Positions 13,564 to 27,300 of a stretch of DNA of 64,000 bases are shown here, one piece after another. Positions within the stretch are counted from its first letter, which is position 1, and each line of letters begins with the position of its first letter. The stretch is from Auanema rhodensis. Lineage: Eukaryota > Animalia > Nematoda. A model generated the notes under the pieces. The model saw only the letters and a list, made by a program, of their open reading frames with translations. It did no database searches and was not told the DNA's origin. The translations under genes and the position numbers were made by a program. The stretch lies in the NCBI GenBank assembly GCA_964057225.1, contig OZ059897.1, positions 12,400,001 to 12,464,000 on the forward strand, in the 5' to 3' direction.

Positions 13564-14388
13564 AATTAACTAAATATAAAATAAATTTTATTAGAAAGAA
13601 TTAAAAAATAAAGAAAAGATATGTATTATTCATTATTTACCAAAAATTTTATATAATTTAATAGAAAAAAATAAAAAAATGTAAGAAATAGCATTGCTTA
13701 TAATGAAGAAAACACATTTAGAGATAAGTATCTCATAACAAACTAGTTCATTACATAATTAAATAATATAAACACAAGTACAATATATTAATTTTTTTAT
13801 GAAGGAAAGATAAGATTTTTTTCATTTTTTTGTAAAAAAAAATCAAAATTTTTATGAAATAAATGAAAATCTTTTTAAATTATATTAACATTTAATCAAA
13901 TATAAGTTAATCAATATTTGTTTAAAAATATAATTATTACAATACCTTTATTAAGAAAAACTAGAAAGGTGGAAATATTTTCTTATACAATTTTTTTTAC
14001 AAAATGAAATATAAGACTGAGAATAACCTTTATTGTTGATGGTAATAGGGGTGGAGCTTGCTTGAGGACATTTGCCATCGGAATGATCTCTAAAAACAAA
14101 GATCAATATTGACCTCTGTATCTCTGTATCTCTCTATTCATTATATTGATCTTTTGAATTCTCTTCTAATAAATAATTATTAAAGAATATAAAGATAAAT
14201 ATCCCAAATATAGTTGATCTTCGAACTCATGTTACTGTGATCTCAAACTTATCTCCAAGGTCATTTTGAATTACCTTGTTGTTGTTGTTGTTGTTTATTT
14301 TAAAAAGTTTAAGAAGTTATATGTTTACATATATTTATTACCCGTTCAAATAGAAGAAATAATTTATGATCAATAGTTTATAAATAAA

Positions 14389-17300
14389 TTAGACAGCTTC
14401 GGATGCAACATCTTCACCAATGATTGCACGATATGCTTCTGTGTCTTCATGTGGTCGTGCAGTTCCAGGATTATTCTGTTCAACGCTGAACCATATACCA
14501 TAACAGAAGTATAGCATCCAACCTAACAAAAAGAATTATTTGCTAAACTATATATAATAGTTATTTACCGATACAAAGCCAAAGAAAGGTATATCCAATT
14601 ATTGAAAAGGAAGTTGATGAAAGTGGCCATATGATAGCAAACATAAGACAAAATGTTGTTTGAGGAAACATAGGCATTTTTGATTTTCTTCTTAAATTAA
14701 TTATATATTATATAAAATATTATTAATAAAATAAAATTACCTGAATAGATAATCATTAGTTGGTATTTTACCTATTAATACAAATGAAAGTATTGAAAAG
14801 AATAGTAAAACTGATAGTAAAACATATGAAGAAACCTAAATATAATTATATATAATATCTATAGCTACTAGTATGATTTTACTCCATGTTTCTGCATTTG
14901 TGTTAGTAGAAAACAGAATATTGTTGTTGGAATTAGGAAAAGAAGAAGAACTGTTTTAGCTTTCTGATATTCTGTGCTCATATCAATTGGAGTTGAAGCT
15001 CTTATTGATCCAGTTACAGAAGAGCAATAGGGAATTTCTGGTACTTCACGTTCATAAAGATGTGGATTTCCGGCAAATTCTGAGAATACAGTATATGATT
15101 GTAAAAGAAAAAGAAACTTCTAGTAGCTCATACCATCATCGGTGTCTGGCGGAGAGCACGGATGTGCAACACAGTTATGATCAACATTAGCATCTTCCGT
15201 ATAATTTTTGTATTTTGCCTGAATTTTTTATTTAAAAAAAAGAAAAGAAGAAACATTTGAAATACCAATGATTGATATTGTGAAACGGATTTTCCTAGGA
15301 CAGGTTCACGCTCCATATCTTCTTGTTGTTTCTATAAAAAAAAACATTTTCAACTACGAGGAAGACAAAATACAAACTTGTTCTAGATGGCGTTGAAGTC
15401 TTCTCTGTTCAATTTGAGCTATATTCATTTGAACAAAAGTAGTTGTATCCATAGAATATTGGCTTTCATCCAATGCAGCACTGACAAAGGATCCAGTATC
15501 AGATAAATATCTTGCCCTTTTAGCTAATTTTCTAAAATAAAATATAATAGTTAGTAAAATATATAATGAGAAGAGTATATAGTTAACTAACCTATATTGA
15601 CTTGTTTCTTGAGGTATACCAATTGGCTCCGGAATATAATGATGAAGGAATGTTAAAATACACTAAATAATTATTATTTATAATATAATGATGTTTTTAA
15701 AATATAAAACTTACTATTATTAATAATTTTAAAGGAGTTGTGAAGCATACAATACTAAATATAATATCACTTCGTATTAATAATGAAAATGATATGAAAA
15801 TTGAATAAAAGAATATTGATATAACTGGTGAACGAAGTGATGAATCAGAAGGAAATGGTAATAATCCATCTAAATTTACATATTTATTAATTAATTAAAC
15901 TAATATTATATAATAGCCTGTTGATAAAGCCGAGATTATACGAGATCCAGGTAAAAATGATGAAAGAACTGCTCCTGATAATCCACAAACAGATGCAACT
16001 GTTAACATATATCTAAAATTATATAAAATTAATTATAAATTTTGAAAAACAATGGGAATAAAGCCAATTGTTAAGTGAGCGATGAAGATAGATTTGAAAT
16101 ATAATTCATGTTTTTTTTTTATAAATAAAAGCAGAATATCCATTTATTCTATTATAACACTCCAAACTTTACATATAATGCATATCCATACATATATTTC
16201 TAATATATTACCTTTATATTCTTTAATAATATATATATCAGAAATTTATATTTTTTTGTTTGAAGAATTCAGCATTGCTGATTATGTACATGTACATATA
16301 TGATATAAGCCCAAATTAGTCAAACAAACTCAGGAAAAGCCTGAGTATTACCGAAGCCAATCAGTTAATTATAATAACAATATTTTGATTTTAATTACAA
16401 TTGTTAATATAATTGTTTTTTTTTAATTTTTATAATCATCAGGAACATAAAGCATATAAGCTACACACCATGCATGATAAAGCTTTAAAACTTAATTGGC
16501 AACAAACCGCATGCGCCGGAACCCAATTTCGTCCAAATCGCTAAGAAAGTCTGCTTATAACTAACCCTCATAATACTCATATACCAAATTTAATAAATAA
16601 AATAAAAACTTTTTTTGAAGAAAAAACAAAAATAAATAAACGAAAATATAATTCTGAATTAAGTTGAATCTTACCTAGCTGCTGGTATATTCATAACAGT
16701 AAATATTTCAGGTACAAGTGTTGATTTAGGAATAACTGCAACATTGATGGCCAAACTTCAAATATATTTTATTAAATAAAAATATTATAATAAATCTTTT
16801 TTATTACCTGAATATCATTATTATTAAGAAAAATATAATTCCCAATAGTGTTGTTAATACAATTATAAGAGATGGAATCCGTCCACGTGGATTCTGTAAG
16901 TAATTCAACTCAAAATATTTTTTTTCTTTCAAATCAAATTATTAAGCAAAATTGAATTTGAAACATAAATTATTTGAATCTTTTCTTTGTTATATTTACT
17001 AATAAATTATAAAAATTTAGCTAAACCTTAGTTTCTTCGAGTAAATAGCTTGTTCCTTCAACACCACAAAAAGCTACCAATAATGCACAAATTCCTTTTA
17101 AAACCTGAAAGAAAAATCAAAACTACATATGATATATCAAAAGAATTTAATATAAAATATTTGAAATTTATTAAACTTACTCCAACATATCCATATGTAA
17201 AAAATGGAGCATCAATCCAATTTTGTGGATCAGCATGAAAGAATGCTACCATACCACAACTTGCAGTTATAAGTATTGTTACAGATAAAAAGCAAATAGC

Positions 17301-18641
17301 AATTGTTCCCATAACCTAAGAATAAAAAATATTTTTAAATTTTTAAAAAAATTAAGATTTACCTTTAAGCTACAGCATAATATTAATAATGAAAATATAA
17401 TTGACATTGCTGCTAATAGATCATATTCAGATGATAATAACCAACTATCAGAGTTTTTATGAGCAAGCTCTAAGGATGTTACAGGATGAATACCTTTGCG
17501 GAATAATAAGTTCTAAGAAATATAATAAATAATAATAATAATAATATATAAACATACAAGATGTTGACTCCATGCTGTAATCAGAAGATTTGAAATACAT
17601 AGTGCATCAAGAAACAATATCCAAGCTATGCTATAAGCTGGAAATTCTCCAATAGATGCAAACGAAAAATGATAAACAACTCCATTTTTGGGTACAGAAC
17701 ATGATAATTCGGATAGATGGTTAGCTGAAATGTGTTTGTAAGTTGTATATGTTTATGCATACTTAGTATATATATGTATAGAGAATAATTGAAAACAAAA
17801 AAAAAAGAAAATAAAAAAATTATTTTCAGTTTTTTTCTTTTTTTTTAATTTATATAAATAGTTTATTATATTTATTATTAAATTATATTTTCTATTATAA
17901 TATTTATAAATAGATAGATAGATCTATATATATTATAACTTTAGTCATTGAATAGCTTGCTAGATAAACAAATTGCTCGTCCTTCAATGGTTACAAGACA
18001 TTTATTTTTAAACGAAAAGTAAAAATATAGTTTTTTATTAAAAATTTTTAGACTTTTTGTTATGGCTTTTTCGTCAGTTTCTATGAAGAATGAATATTTA
18101 ATTGAATAATATGTCCTTCTTTTAAAAAAAAAAGATTTTTGAACTATTTTAGTATGCATATACTTATTTGAAATAAATAATAAAATCTTGTGCAGTTCTT
18201 GCAAGCAAGTCTGAAAGCTATGACTCAGGATTTGATTTATAGATTAAAGTTTTTACAAGAGTATCATGTAGATGTTGATTAACTAGTATCATAAACAATT
18301 GAAATATTAATCTGAATGATCTTACCAGTTAAAAAGATGATGACAAATGCAATGAGCAATGATATTAGTGATGATGGTCCTGATAATGTAAAGAGAGTAG
18401 CAGGTAAAATCACAAATATCATTAATGGAATAGAAATAATACTGACTGAAATAAATAATTTAAATAATGAAAAATAAACAAAACAAAATGTTTTTTATTG
18501 TTTTTTTTATAAAAAAAAAGAAATAGAAGAATGTTCGAGGTACATACCTAACGAAACGGAAGATGGTAATCCAATACGTCGAACCCATTCTGAGTGGCGT
18601 AGAAACCCATCGTTTATATGACGGACTCGGAAGATTCTCAT
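14389..18641 (-). CDS. APC-superfamily amino-acid permease, cationic amino acid transporter (SLC7/CAT)-like, divergent
   Basis: 18 exons with many TM segments. Motifs ELSCSVPKNGVVYHFSFASIGEFPA, AFCGVEG..EETKNPRGRIP, RIISALSTDGLLP and C-terminal LYFCYGIWFS correspond to CAT-type permeases. Confidence 0.88.
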
Positions 18642-21600
18642 CTAAAAGCAATTATTTTATAAATTTTAAAAAATTCAGATTTCTTTAGAAATATATAAAA
18701 TTCAATAGCGATTTTTTTTTGATAAAAGATGAAGAATTGCCGACATTATTTCATTGAAAATAAATGAATTGGAAAATCAAATTTAAGAACATTTGATGGA
18801 AAAGGGAAAAAGGTGTTAGGTTGTGAAGAATATTATTGTAGAAGATGTTGATGAAGTAGCAAGTTGAATTTGTTATAATACGTAGGAAAACGTAACGAAG
18901 TAAGTGGGAAAAAACGACTTTTGAAATATATTTTGTTATGGTGAGAAGAAGAATAATTAGAAGAGTGATGTAAAGAAGAAATGTTAAAAAATGAGCCAAA
19001 AAAGGAAAAGTTGACAAAATTAGTTATAAGTGAAGTGAAGTTTTTGAGTACTAAACGCTAAGTCGTTCTCGAGAAGAAGCTTCGTTAAGAAAGGAAGATA
19101 GCTACGTCAACTAGGAATGAAAAGAATAATATTCCGTCAGCGTCTTATTTAATTTTGATTATACAGAAATCTATGAGCATAAGATGAACTAGCAGCTTAA
19201 AGAGCTCATATACAAACTAAAAGTACTTTTATCAGAAATATAAAGAGAATACAGATGTTCAATATGTAAGTAGCTAGTTGAGATGAACAAAAAAAGCTTT
19301 TTCTCAAAAATAGCTGATGTGACATAGTAGAAGAGTGGAAGAGCTAAGGCGCACAAGAAAATGCGGAGGAGGGTGGAGAAGAAGGCAGAATTGAGGGAGA
19401 TGGGGAAGAAATCAAGAAGTGGAAATCCGTCTAGGGCCAAATGTGAATTTGATGTAATTGTTCAACAAAAATTGTATTCCTATTTAAGATATTTAAGCTA
19501 AAAATGATAGAAAGAACAAGAAAGAATTACAACTGATTCAATTACAGTATATCATAGCATGTTCATTCATTCTAATTTTTTCATTTTTAATTTAAATATA
19601 GCATACAATACATTTATATAAAAATAAATTATATTTATAATTATTTTTTTTATAATAAACATAATAAATAAAATAAAATGAATAATAAATCATACTGAAT
19701 TGCTATTCTATTTTTGAAAAGAAAAATTGTTTTTTTCTTGGCATTTCAACTATTGCAAATTTGAAAATTGTTTTGAAAACTTTTTTATTTGTCTTCCGCA
19801 TTTCACCTTCTCCTTATGTCACACTTCTTGTATTTTCCTATTTTTCTGTTAAATATGATACTTTTTTCTTTTTTTTTCCATAAATACAATAACATTATAT
19901 AGTTTGCAATATGGATATGGTTTACAAATCAGGAGAATGATAGAGGTTGCTTCAATACGTTCTCATAATTCTTCTTCTCATCTCACATCTTTTATGTTCT
20001 CATTCTCTTCGTCAACTTAAACATTTTTCTATATTTTCTTCTTTATCCTCCTCTTCTCTCTCATATCCTTAAACGGATGTGCAGAAACAGCAATACATCA
20101 GTTCTACCCCCTGAGGATAATGTTAATCTGTCAAACGAAAAGCATCCACGAAAGAACAATAGACAAGAGAAAAAGGGAAAAACTGAAGATATAGATGCAA
20201 AACTGACAAGTTCACAAATAAAAAATTAAAACAGAAGATTATATAGAAAGAAATAAATGCGAGACATTTGTGATTTGTATTGTTACATGTCAAAAATGGT
20301 TTAAATATCCATGTGAATATATTGTCTTTTAAGTACTTTGTTCGGACATACATAAATATAATACGACCAAAATATTCTTAAAAGATAAACAACTTGATTG
20401 GGCTTGTTTATATCAAAGTTGCATGCGAAAACGACTGACTAACATTATACAAACTGAAGCTAGAACCTGATGATCAAGATATTTTCCATAAAGAAGTTTG
20501 TTCAATTTATAATCTGTTGCACATTTATTTTTTTAGTAATTTTCAAATAGAAAAAACAATGAATATATATCGTTTCGTTTTTTTTTACTTTTTTGTTTTT
20601 CGTTCAACTAATTTTACTAGCTCATGCTAAATGACTAATTTGAAATATTTTAACATGTAACTAAAACGAAAAAGAAAAAGTCAAAATTAAGGAAAGAAAA
20701 TGTGAAAATAGTACAAACTAACTGCACTTCGTTCTGAGAGAGAAATATTAAGAAATATAGTTAAATATAAGTTTTTTTTCTTATTTTCTCATATACATAT
20801 GGATGATCATCGTCATAGCTACGAATGTAACAAGTGGAACATGAATTAGGTAGAACAGATGAGCAGATATAGAGAGGGGGTTTGTGTGGTCAACTCTTGT
20901 AAACAATTTCAGATTAAATTCGCTAGCCTTTCCTTTCAGAAAGATAGAAGATTTTGACAACAGACATGCTACTACTGATGATGCTTTTGCTGTGATGATG
21001 CTGAAGCTACTACTGCTTTCTAATTTTCTTACTTAACGCACTAGATTATATAACGAAGTTTTAAAGAATGTTCTCGTCTTTGATTTATGAAAACAAAAAA
21101 AGAAGCTAACAATGACTTAAAGAAAGCTAAAATCAAAACATGAAGAAGATTTATACGCCTGGAGAATTTATCAGTTTTGAGCTTTGCCGTTGTCCGATGA
21201 CTACAACGTCGTTGCCGGCGCTTCTTTCCTCGTCTTTAAGTCCGCCCACAGCTGCCAAAATCAAATCAGGCATCTGTCGACTATTGGCAACGACGACTAG
21301 CTAGACGTTAAGCTAATCACAACAAGAACTTGAAAAAGATTTAGTTGGATATCAAAATATAATATTCAGGAGGAATTGTAGTAGACTGAATGAATGGAGT
21401 CAAAAATGGAGGAATGAAATTCATTTTTTACCGAATATTTTAGTTTTTGCGTATAATACAAAGCATATTTTCATCTATTTTCGAGTTTAACTATAAGAAA
21501 TTGCAGAAGATAATCAATGATTATCCTGATGGATTCATTTATGTTATTGTTGCAGATATTAAAAAACTATTCTTAAAGCAATTATAATCAAATTCAACAG

Positions 21601-22873
21601 CTAAAAAGTGGCTAAAAAAGGAGAGAAAAAAGAAAAAATAAAATATTTAACAAACCATGTAGTTCTGAGTTGCACAGCGAAGATGATACATTTGCAAATT
21701 TCGTTGAATTGCTTTTATAATCATTGGCACTTATCAGAATTTCGGAATCAAAGACGAGAAGTCCAATATATATATGGAAGGTTGAAACAAGCACTTCAAG
21801 TGTATGTATGAGTGCGTGGTGGACACCAGTTACTCTATTTTACTTGACAAGGTCTCCCAGAAGACGTGAAAGCTTTACATCTCTATGGACGTCATCTGAT
21901 GAGGAAGACAGATTAGAAAATCTTTGCAGACTTTTTTTGGGCCAAAAAAGAAATAAAAGTCCAATATATGCACATATATATCGGATATTTGATGATTCGA
22001 ACAAAAAAGAAAATGTGAATATAAGTGGAAAAATACCATCATCAATCTTAGTTCGAATATTGTAGTCTTTGAAAATGAAAATGCAAGATAATTTTCTTTT
22101 TTTTTCTTTGTAAATAACTTCCAATATATTCAAATATCTAATAATATAAAAATGAAGAGAACAATATTCTAATGGAATGAAACCCAACAGAATTTTTACT
22201 TAGAATCTCTCTTTTAGTCGTTTTTTCATACATAATTTAAAGCATAATATAGAATATTATTACATGAATATCTTTTTTTTTTGCTTATGAATTCCAGAAT
22301 TTGAGTGCCATTGTCAATTTCCATTATAAAAATAGGAATTTAGTGATGTCTATCCTATTTTTTTGTTTTAATATGATGTCTTGAATTCTTTTTTTCCGTA
22401 CATTTTATTAACAAAAAAATTTATAAATATTTTTAATTTTGCTTATACTTACATACATGTTGCATCATGTTTTTCCTCTCCATTTTGTGTCAAACCAATA
22501 TTTTTAATTTACAAAGCCATATATACTATATTTTCCCTATAATTTCGTGTAAAATACCACTCAAACAATACTTTCTTGTCATTGTTCTTCGTTGTAATTT
22601 GTGCTTAAGATACATCACTTAGAAAAGGGGACGAAACTCAAACGATTGCTTGTCTAATCCCATATGTTTGTTCACTGTGTGGTGTTTCTTCTTTCTGCCA
22701 TCTTGTCTAGAATCATCCTGTCATCATCGTCCTCAGCTTGCTCTATTTCTTCTCTCCGTCCAGCTATCTTACCTTACCATTCTTCACTCTCTCAGCCCTT
22801 TTATCTTGCTTTGCCCAGCTAATTTTCTCTCTCGATTGCCTCATCCATAGTTCATCTTCGATATTTCACGAGA

Positions 22874-23778
22874 ATGAGCCACTTCTACACCTTATCTATA
22901 CCATTATTACTTGTAACAACTTCCGTCGTGTCTGCTCAACATTACGGTAACATTTTCAGCTTTCAAAAAGAATAATGCATTGACTGATCATAACAATATT
23001 AATCATGGATTATCTCAACGTTCTGTTTAGGAGCATTATGGTGTCATCAGGGATCAGAAAAAGAATTTGAGCCAGCTCAATGTGAAGCACAAACCTTAGA
23101 TTGTTTTAAGTTCAGTTGCGATCATGCTGCTGGTAAGCAAATATTAATGCATTCATTTATTTTTCGGATTGTTTTGCAACTTGAATTTGATTCACTTTAT
23201 TAAATATCTTTTGATCAGTGCAAAGTCACGATCAGAGAAAAAAAGAAAAGATGATAATCTGTAAGTTTGCTCATTGTTTTAATTGACCACCCTACAGAAT
23301 AGAAAATACTTGATATATGTATATTCACCAAAAATACTTAGAAACTGAAAAAAAAAGAAAAAAACAAATGTGAAGAACAAACATAAGTGAAAATCTAAAA
23401 CGTTGAAAGATTTGTTATAAAATCTTAAGAATTGTTTAATGCGATAAAGTAGCTAGTATTATCCTCTTAGAAATGGTTCAAGATTTACGCTACATGAAGC
23501 TTTGTAACTTTTTGAAGAAAAAAAGAAGAATGGTGATGTTTGATGTTTCAAATATTTCAGCAGGATTTGTAGCTCGTGGATGTGGAGTATCGTTAACTAG
23601 AACAGCTACAGGAATGAAGAACGAAAGCTGTAACCAAGCTTTAGCACAATGCCAAGCTATAAACGGTCGAGGGGAATGCTATGTTTGTTCTGATAAACAC
23701 ATGTGTAATAGCTCAATGTATCTATATCTTAATCACATCATAATATTGACTGTATTATCATATCTATGTATTATATAA
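22874..23778 (+). CDS. Secreted/GPI-anchored Cys-rich Ly-6-like protein
   Basis: 3 exons (22874-22946, 23031-23131, 23561-23778): signal peptide MSHFYTLSIPLLLVTTSVVSA, LWCHQG..QC...DCFKFSC..RGCG..SC..QC..ECYVCSDKHMCNS, then a hydrophobic tail. Confidence 0.85.
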
Positions 23779-24353
23779 GAAATTTCTTTTTTTTAATATG
23801 AATCAGATTGTTTGTAATGAGATGAAATAAAAACATCTATATTCATGTCAAATTATTAAATTAATATCAAAGAAATAAAACAGAGATTACTTAAACTTTA
23901 TTGTCCTCAACTGACATTTTACTGTACAACTTATTTATTTATAAATATTACATACGGCTTCACGTACAAAATTTTTTAATGGTGAATATTAGATGAATGA
24001 GAACATCTATAGTTCATGCAAAACTAGTCAGCACACTCACAAACCTCGTAACCATAATGATAAATAAAAAATATAAAGCGTTGTGAGATAATTAAAAGAA
24101 GTGTTATAAATGAATTCGTAAACTTTTTTTTTCAAACTTTGTTGCAGAAAAACTAAAATAAATTTAGTTTGAAATTTGAGTATAATATGTTCCATTAGCT
24201 TGCTAATAAGTTGAGTGAAGATTGAAAAGCACGTATAACAAGAGGAGGTTCACACACAATACCTTGAGAAGAAGCAAACGCGTATAACAAAGACCCAAAG
24301 CATATTGAACAATGGGAAAACCAAAGAACAAACTAAGGATATCAAAGTAGGCT

Positions 24354-27300
24354 CTAAAGGTTATCAACAAAAAACTCGTAAGGTTGATTCATGGCCATTC
24401 TGAATGACTGCCGTGAAGGAGCCATATCAGAAGTGGAAAGCTCGTCTATTCGAGTAGGCAGCTGTGAGGTGGAAGGAGCTGGCGGAAGAATGACTTGTCT
24501 ACTGAAAGATTAATGGTTTCTTCAGATATTGAATGATTCTGTTTCAGCTCCATAGAATTTTTCAAGTAATTATCAGCCAAACAATTATAAAATACCAAAA
24601 CAAAAATTGTAATAGATAATAAGCTACTGATAGCATGACAATTCACAAAGCCACAAAATTGATGTACTGATATATTGAAGGAACTCACCGCTTATGCTCA
24701 GATCCACTTCCACTCCCTTCTCCTGAGCCCCCGGAAGCTTGTGAGCGCACATCTGGTCCTCCACGAGGTAAGAAATGTGGATATGGTGACACGGGCATTG
24801 AAGCATAGCCACTCACCTTCAAGCAAAACAAGTTCAAAAAGCATTAGCAAAAATTACAATATGAAAACTAGGAAAAATCTTAACTATTTGCGGACAACAG
24901 TACAAATTCGCGTGCTATCATGCTCCGGAAATAAAAACATGCAGTACTAAAATAATAAAAAAACTAACTAAACATGAATAAAATAAAATATTTATTTTAT
25001 TTATTTATCAGTTGAAACATATATCGTGCATAAAAAGAGAATTATAACTTAAAAACATAAAAGGTCTTCAGAATCTCATGGAATAAGAAACCCTAATCCA
25101 ACAATGGTATGGAAAAAGATCAGGAGCTTATATACAAATATGAAAATGAGTACGAATCTGCGAACAAGAAATGTGGCACGACGGACATATGAAGAAGGAC
25201 AAATGATTGAAGCATTAAAAGGACCATAGCAAGCTGTCCAAAAGGCAGATCAATAAAAAATAGAGATTCGTACGAACATGCATGTAGTGAATTAAAAATC
25301 TAAGAGAAATTGTGGGCAATACCGTGTGACCCAGTTGTTATAATATAAAATAAGAGAAATGTCATGCTTTTCAAAATAAAAATAATCAAAAATTTCCTCT
25401 TAATTACTCACAAGCTCATAAAACATGGATCTTCTCTTTTAAAAGTGCAGAATAGACAGGCATTGTGATTAGACTCGGTAATACGAATCATCAAATTAAT
25501 GAACTGAGGATAATATCACAGAATTGAGATAGTCACTGGAACAGGTATGAGCTTAGAGCTCGAAACTTCAAACGAAATTAGTGCATATTTGGTTTCAGAT
25601 GTTCATAACATACATTCCTCCACGGGTATCGCTTACCATTGAGGGAGCTTGACCGGTTTTAGAACCAGGTCCTGTTGTCCACTGCCATCGTCCTTCAGGC
25701 TGTTGATGAACAGTTTGTAAATCATCGGGATGTGAACGATATCGAGCAAAGTCTTCAATTTAAATTATGTTTTGTGTCAAAAGTATAAATAGAGTACCTG
25801 CACACTCTGGTCCTAGTACATAATACCTCTGCTCAATAAATGTTATTTGGTTAACAACATGTGAGATCAGTTTTTGTTTTAATAGTTCGCCAGCGAACTT
25901 ACGAGCGTTTTTACGTTCTCGAAGACCATCTACGTGTTCTAACAACCAGTCGACGAGATCGGAACCTAAACACTCCCAAGTTATAAATCATAATTGAATT
26001 GAAACTAACCAAGAAACGACATGGGGATCGGAATTTTAAGCCATGTTCTGTCTTTAATATCGAGACCGGACCCCGGCATTGCCATAACTTCAACAATCTT
26101 AAATAAAATCATCAGTGATGTATATAAATAACAGGGACAAACCTTTTTCTTATCTGAGTGAATGCTGAGCTTGTGTTGCCCATTAACAATAGTATTCTGT
26201 CCATTAGAGCCATTTGAAGTTACTGTTGAGCTACTTGGTGGACGACCGTGTTGCCATTCTCCTGGGATCGGTGTTGGAGCACCCTCAGACCCTTCCATAA
26301 TGCAGGGCATTCCTCGCATTGCATTTGTGTGCTGAATCCATGCTTGTGTGTCAATCGGTCTAACTGGTTCATCTCTTAAAAGATAATATTTTTAAAAATA
26401 AGAATAAATCTAAGCTAACCTATGATTCCTAGGTATAGTAAAACAACTTTTTGGGCCATTTTCGAAACACTTTGCAACAGTTAATTTAATAGGTCCTTTC
26501 CTAGCAACAGCATCTCTGTAAAAGAATAAATAAACTCAATCGTTGGCATTTATAATAAAAATACTAGAAAAATAAATACCTTAGAACATCAACAGCTTGA
26601 TCATTAGTGAAATTTTCAAATGAAATATCGTTAACTTGAAGTATCATATCACCGGCTTCGATGCGCCCGTCTAAAGCAACAGCGCCACCTTAAAAAAATT
26701 ATTTAGAATTAGAATGCACAAAAAATACTACCTTTCATTATATTAGCAACATAAATGCCATTGTCTCCTCTGGCTGAACTTTCTCCAACAATTGAGATCC
26801 CCAAAAAATTCACCGTATCCATATTCAAAGTCACCGTAATAACATCCAAGCTCATAGATGATTCTTAAAAAAATTCGTTAACTTTATGAAACAGTAAAAC
26901 ACAAAAACCTGTGATGCTAGAAAACGAAGATGCTCTAGAAGGTCTCCGATATTGACGTCTGCTTCTACGTTTCCTATACATATTCTCATGCTGACGAGAT
27001 ACGGAAGTAATATCCGTTGTTGTAGAACCCCTAAAAAAAGAAAATTCAAGAAGTGGTTTAATTTGTCAAAAGTCAAACAAGCAATATATTAATCAGTTGA
27101 TGGCATTTAAAGACATTAATCTGTCCGGATCAGAAATTCGCAAAGTCCATTAACTAGCGAAAAATCATCACCAACTGTTCAGCCAATACTAATGATACTC
27201 GGCTTTTACGATTGAACAAGATATCACCCAAAAAAATTTCTTGCTGATATACACGAAGAAAACACACTGTGATGGGTTCTAATAGTAATACAAAACTAAC

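Noticed and set aside
16561-16568. CTAACCCT, a telomerase-template-like word in the permease intron (also AAGCCTAA at ~52754 and TAAGCCTA at ~48051)
   Set aside because: 8-mers are expected by chance. The first is antisense to the host intron, and none has a recognisable downstream pseudoknot plus H/ACA arrangement.
21896-21920. CTGATGA...GAAA hammerhead-like core (CTGATGA also at ~16436 minus and ~56154)
   Set aside because: No paired stem II between the core motifs and no stems I/III.
21608-22187. Overlapping ORFs of 60-115 aa on both strands
   Set aside because: No consistent splice structure, start context or recognisable domain; probably chance ORFs.
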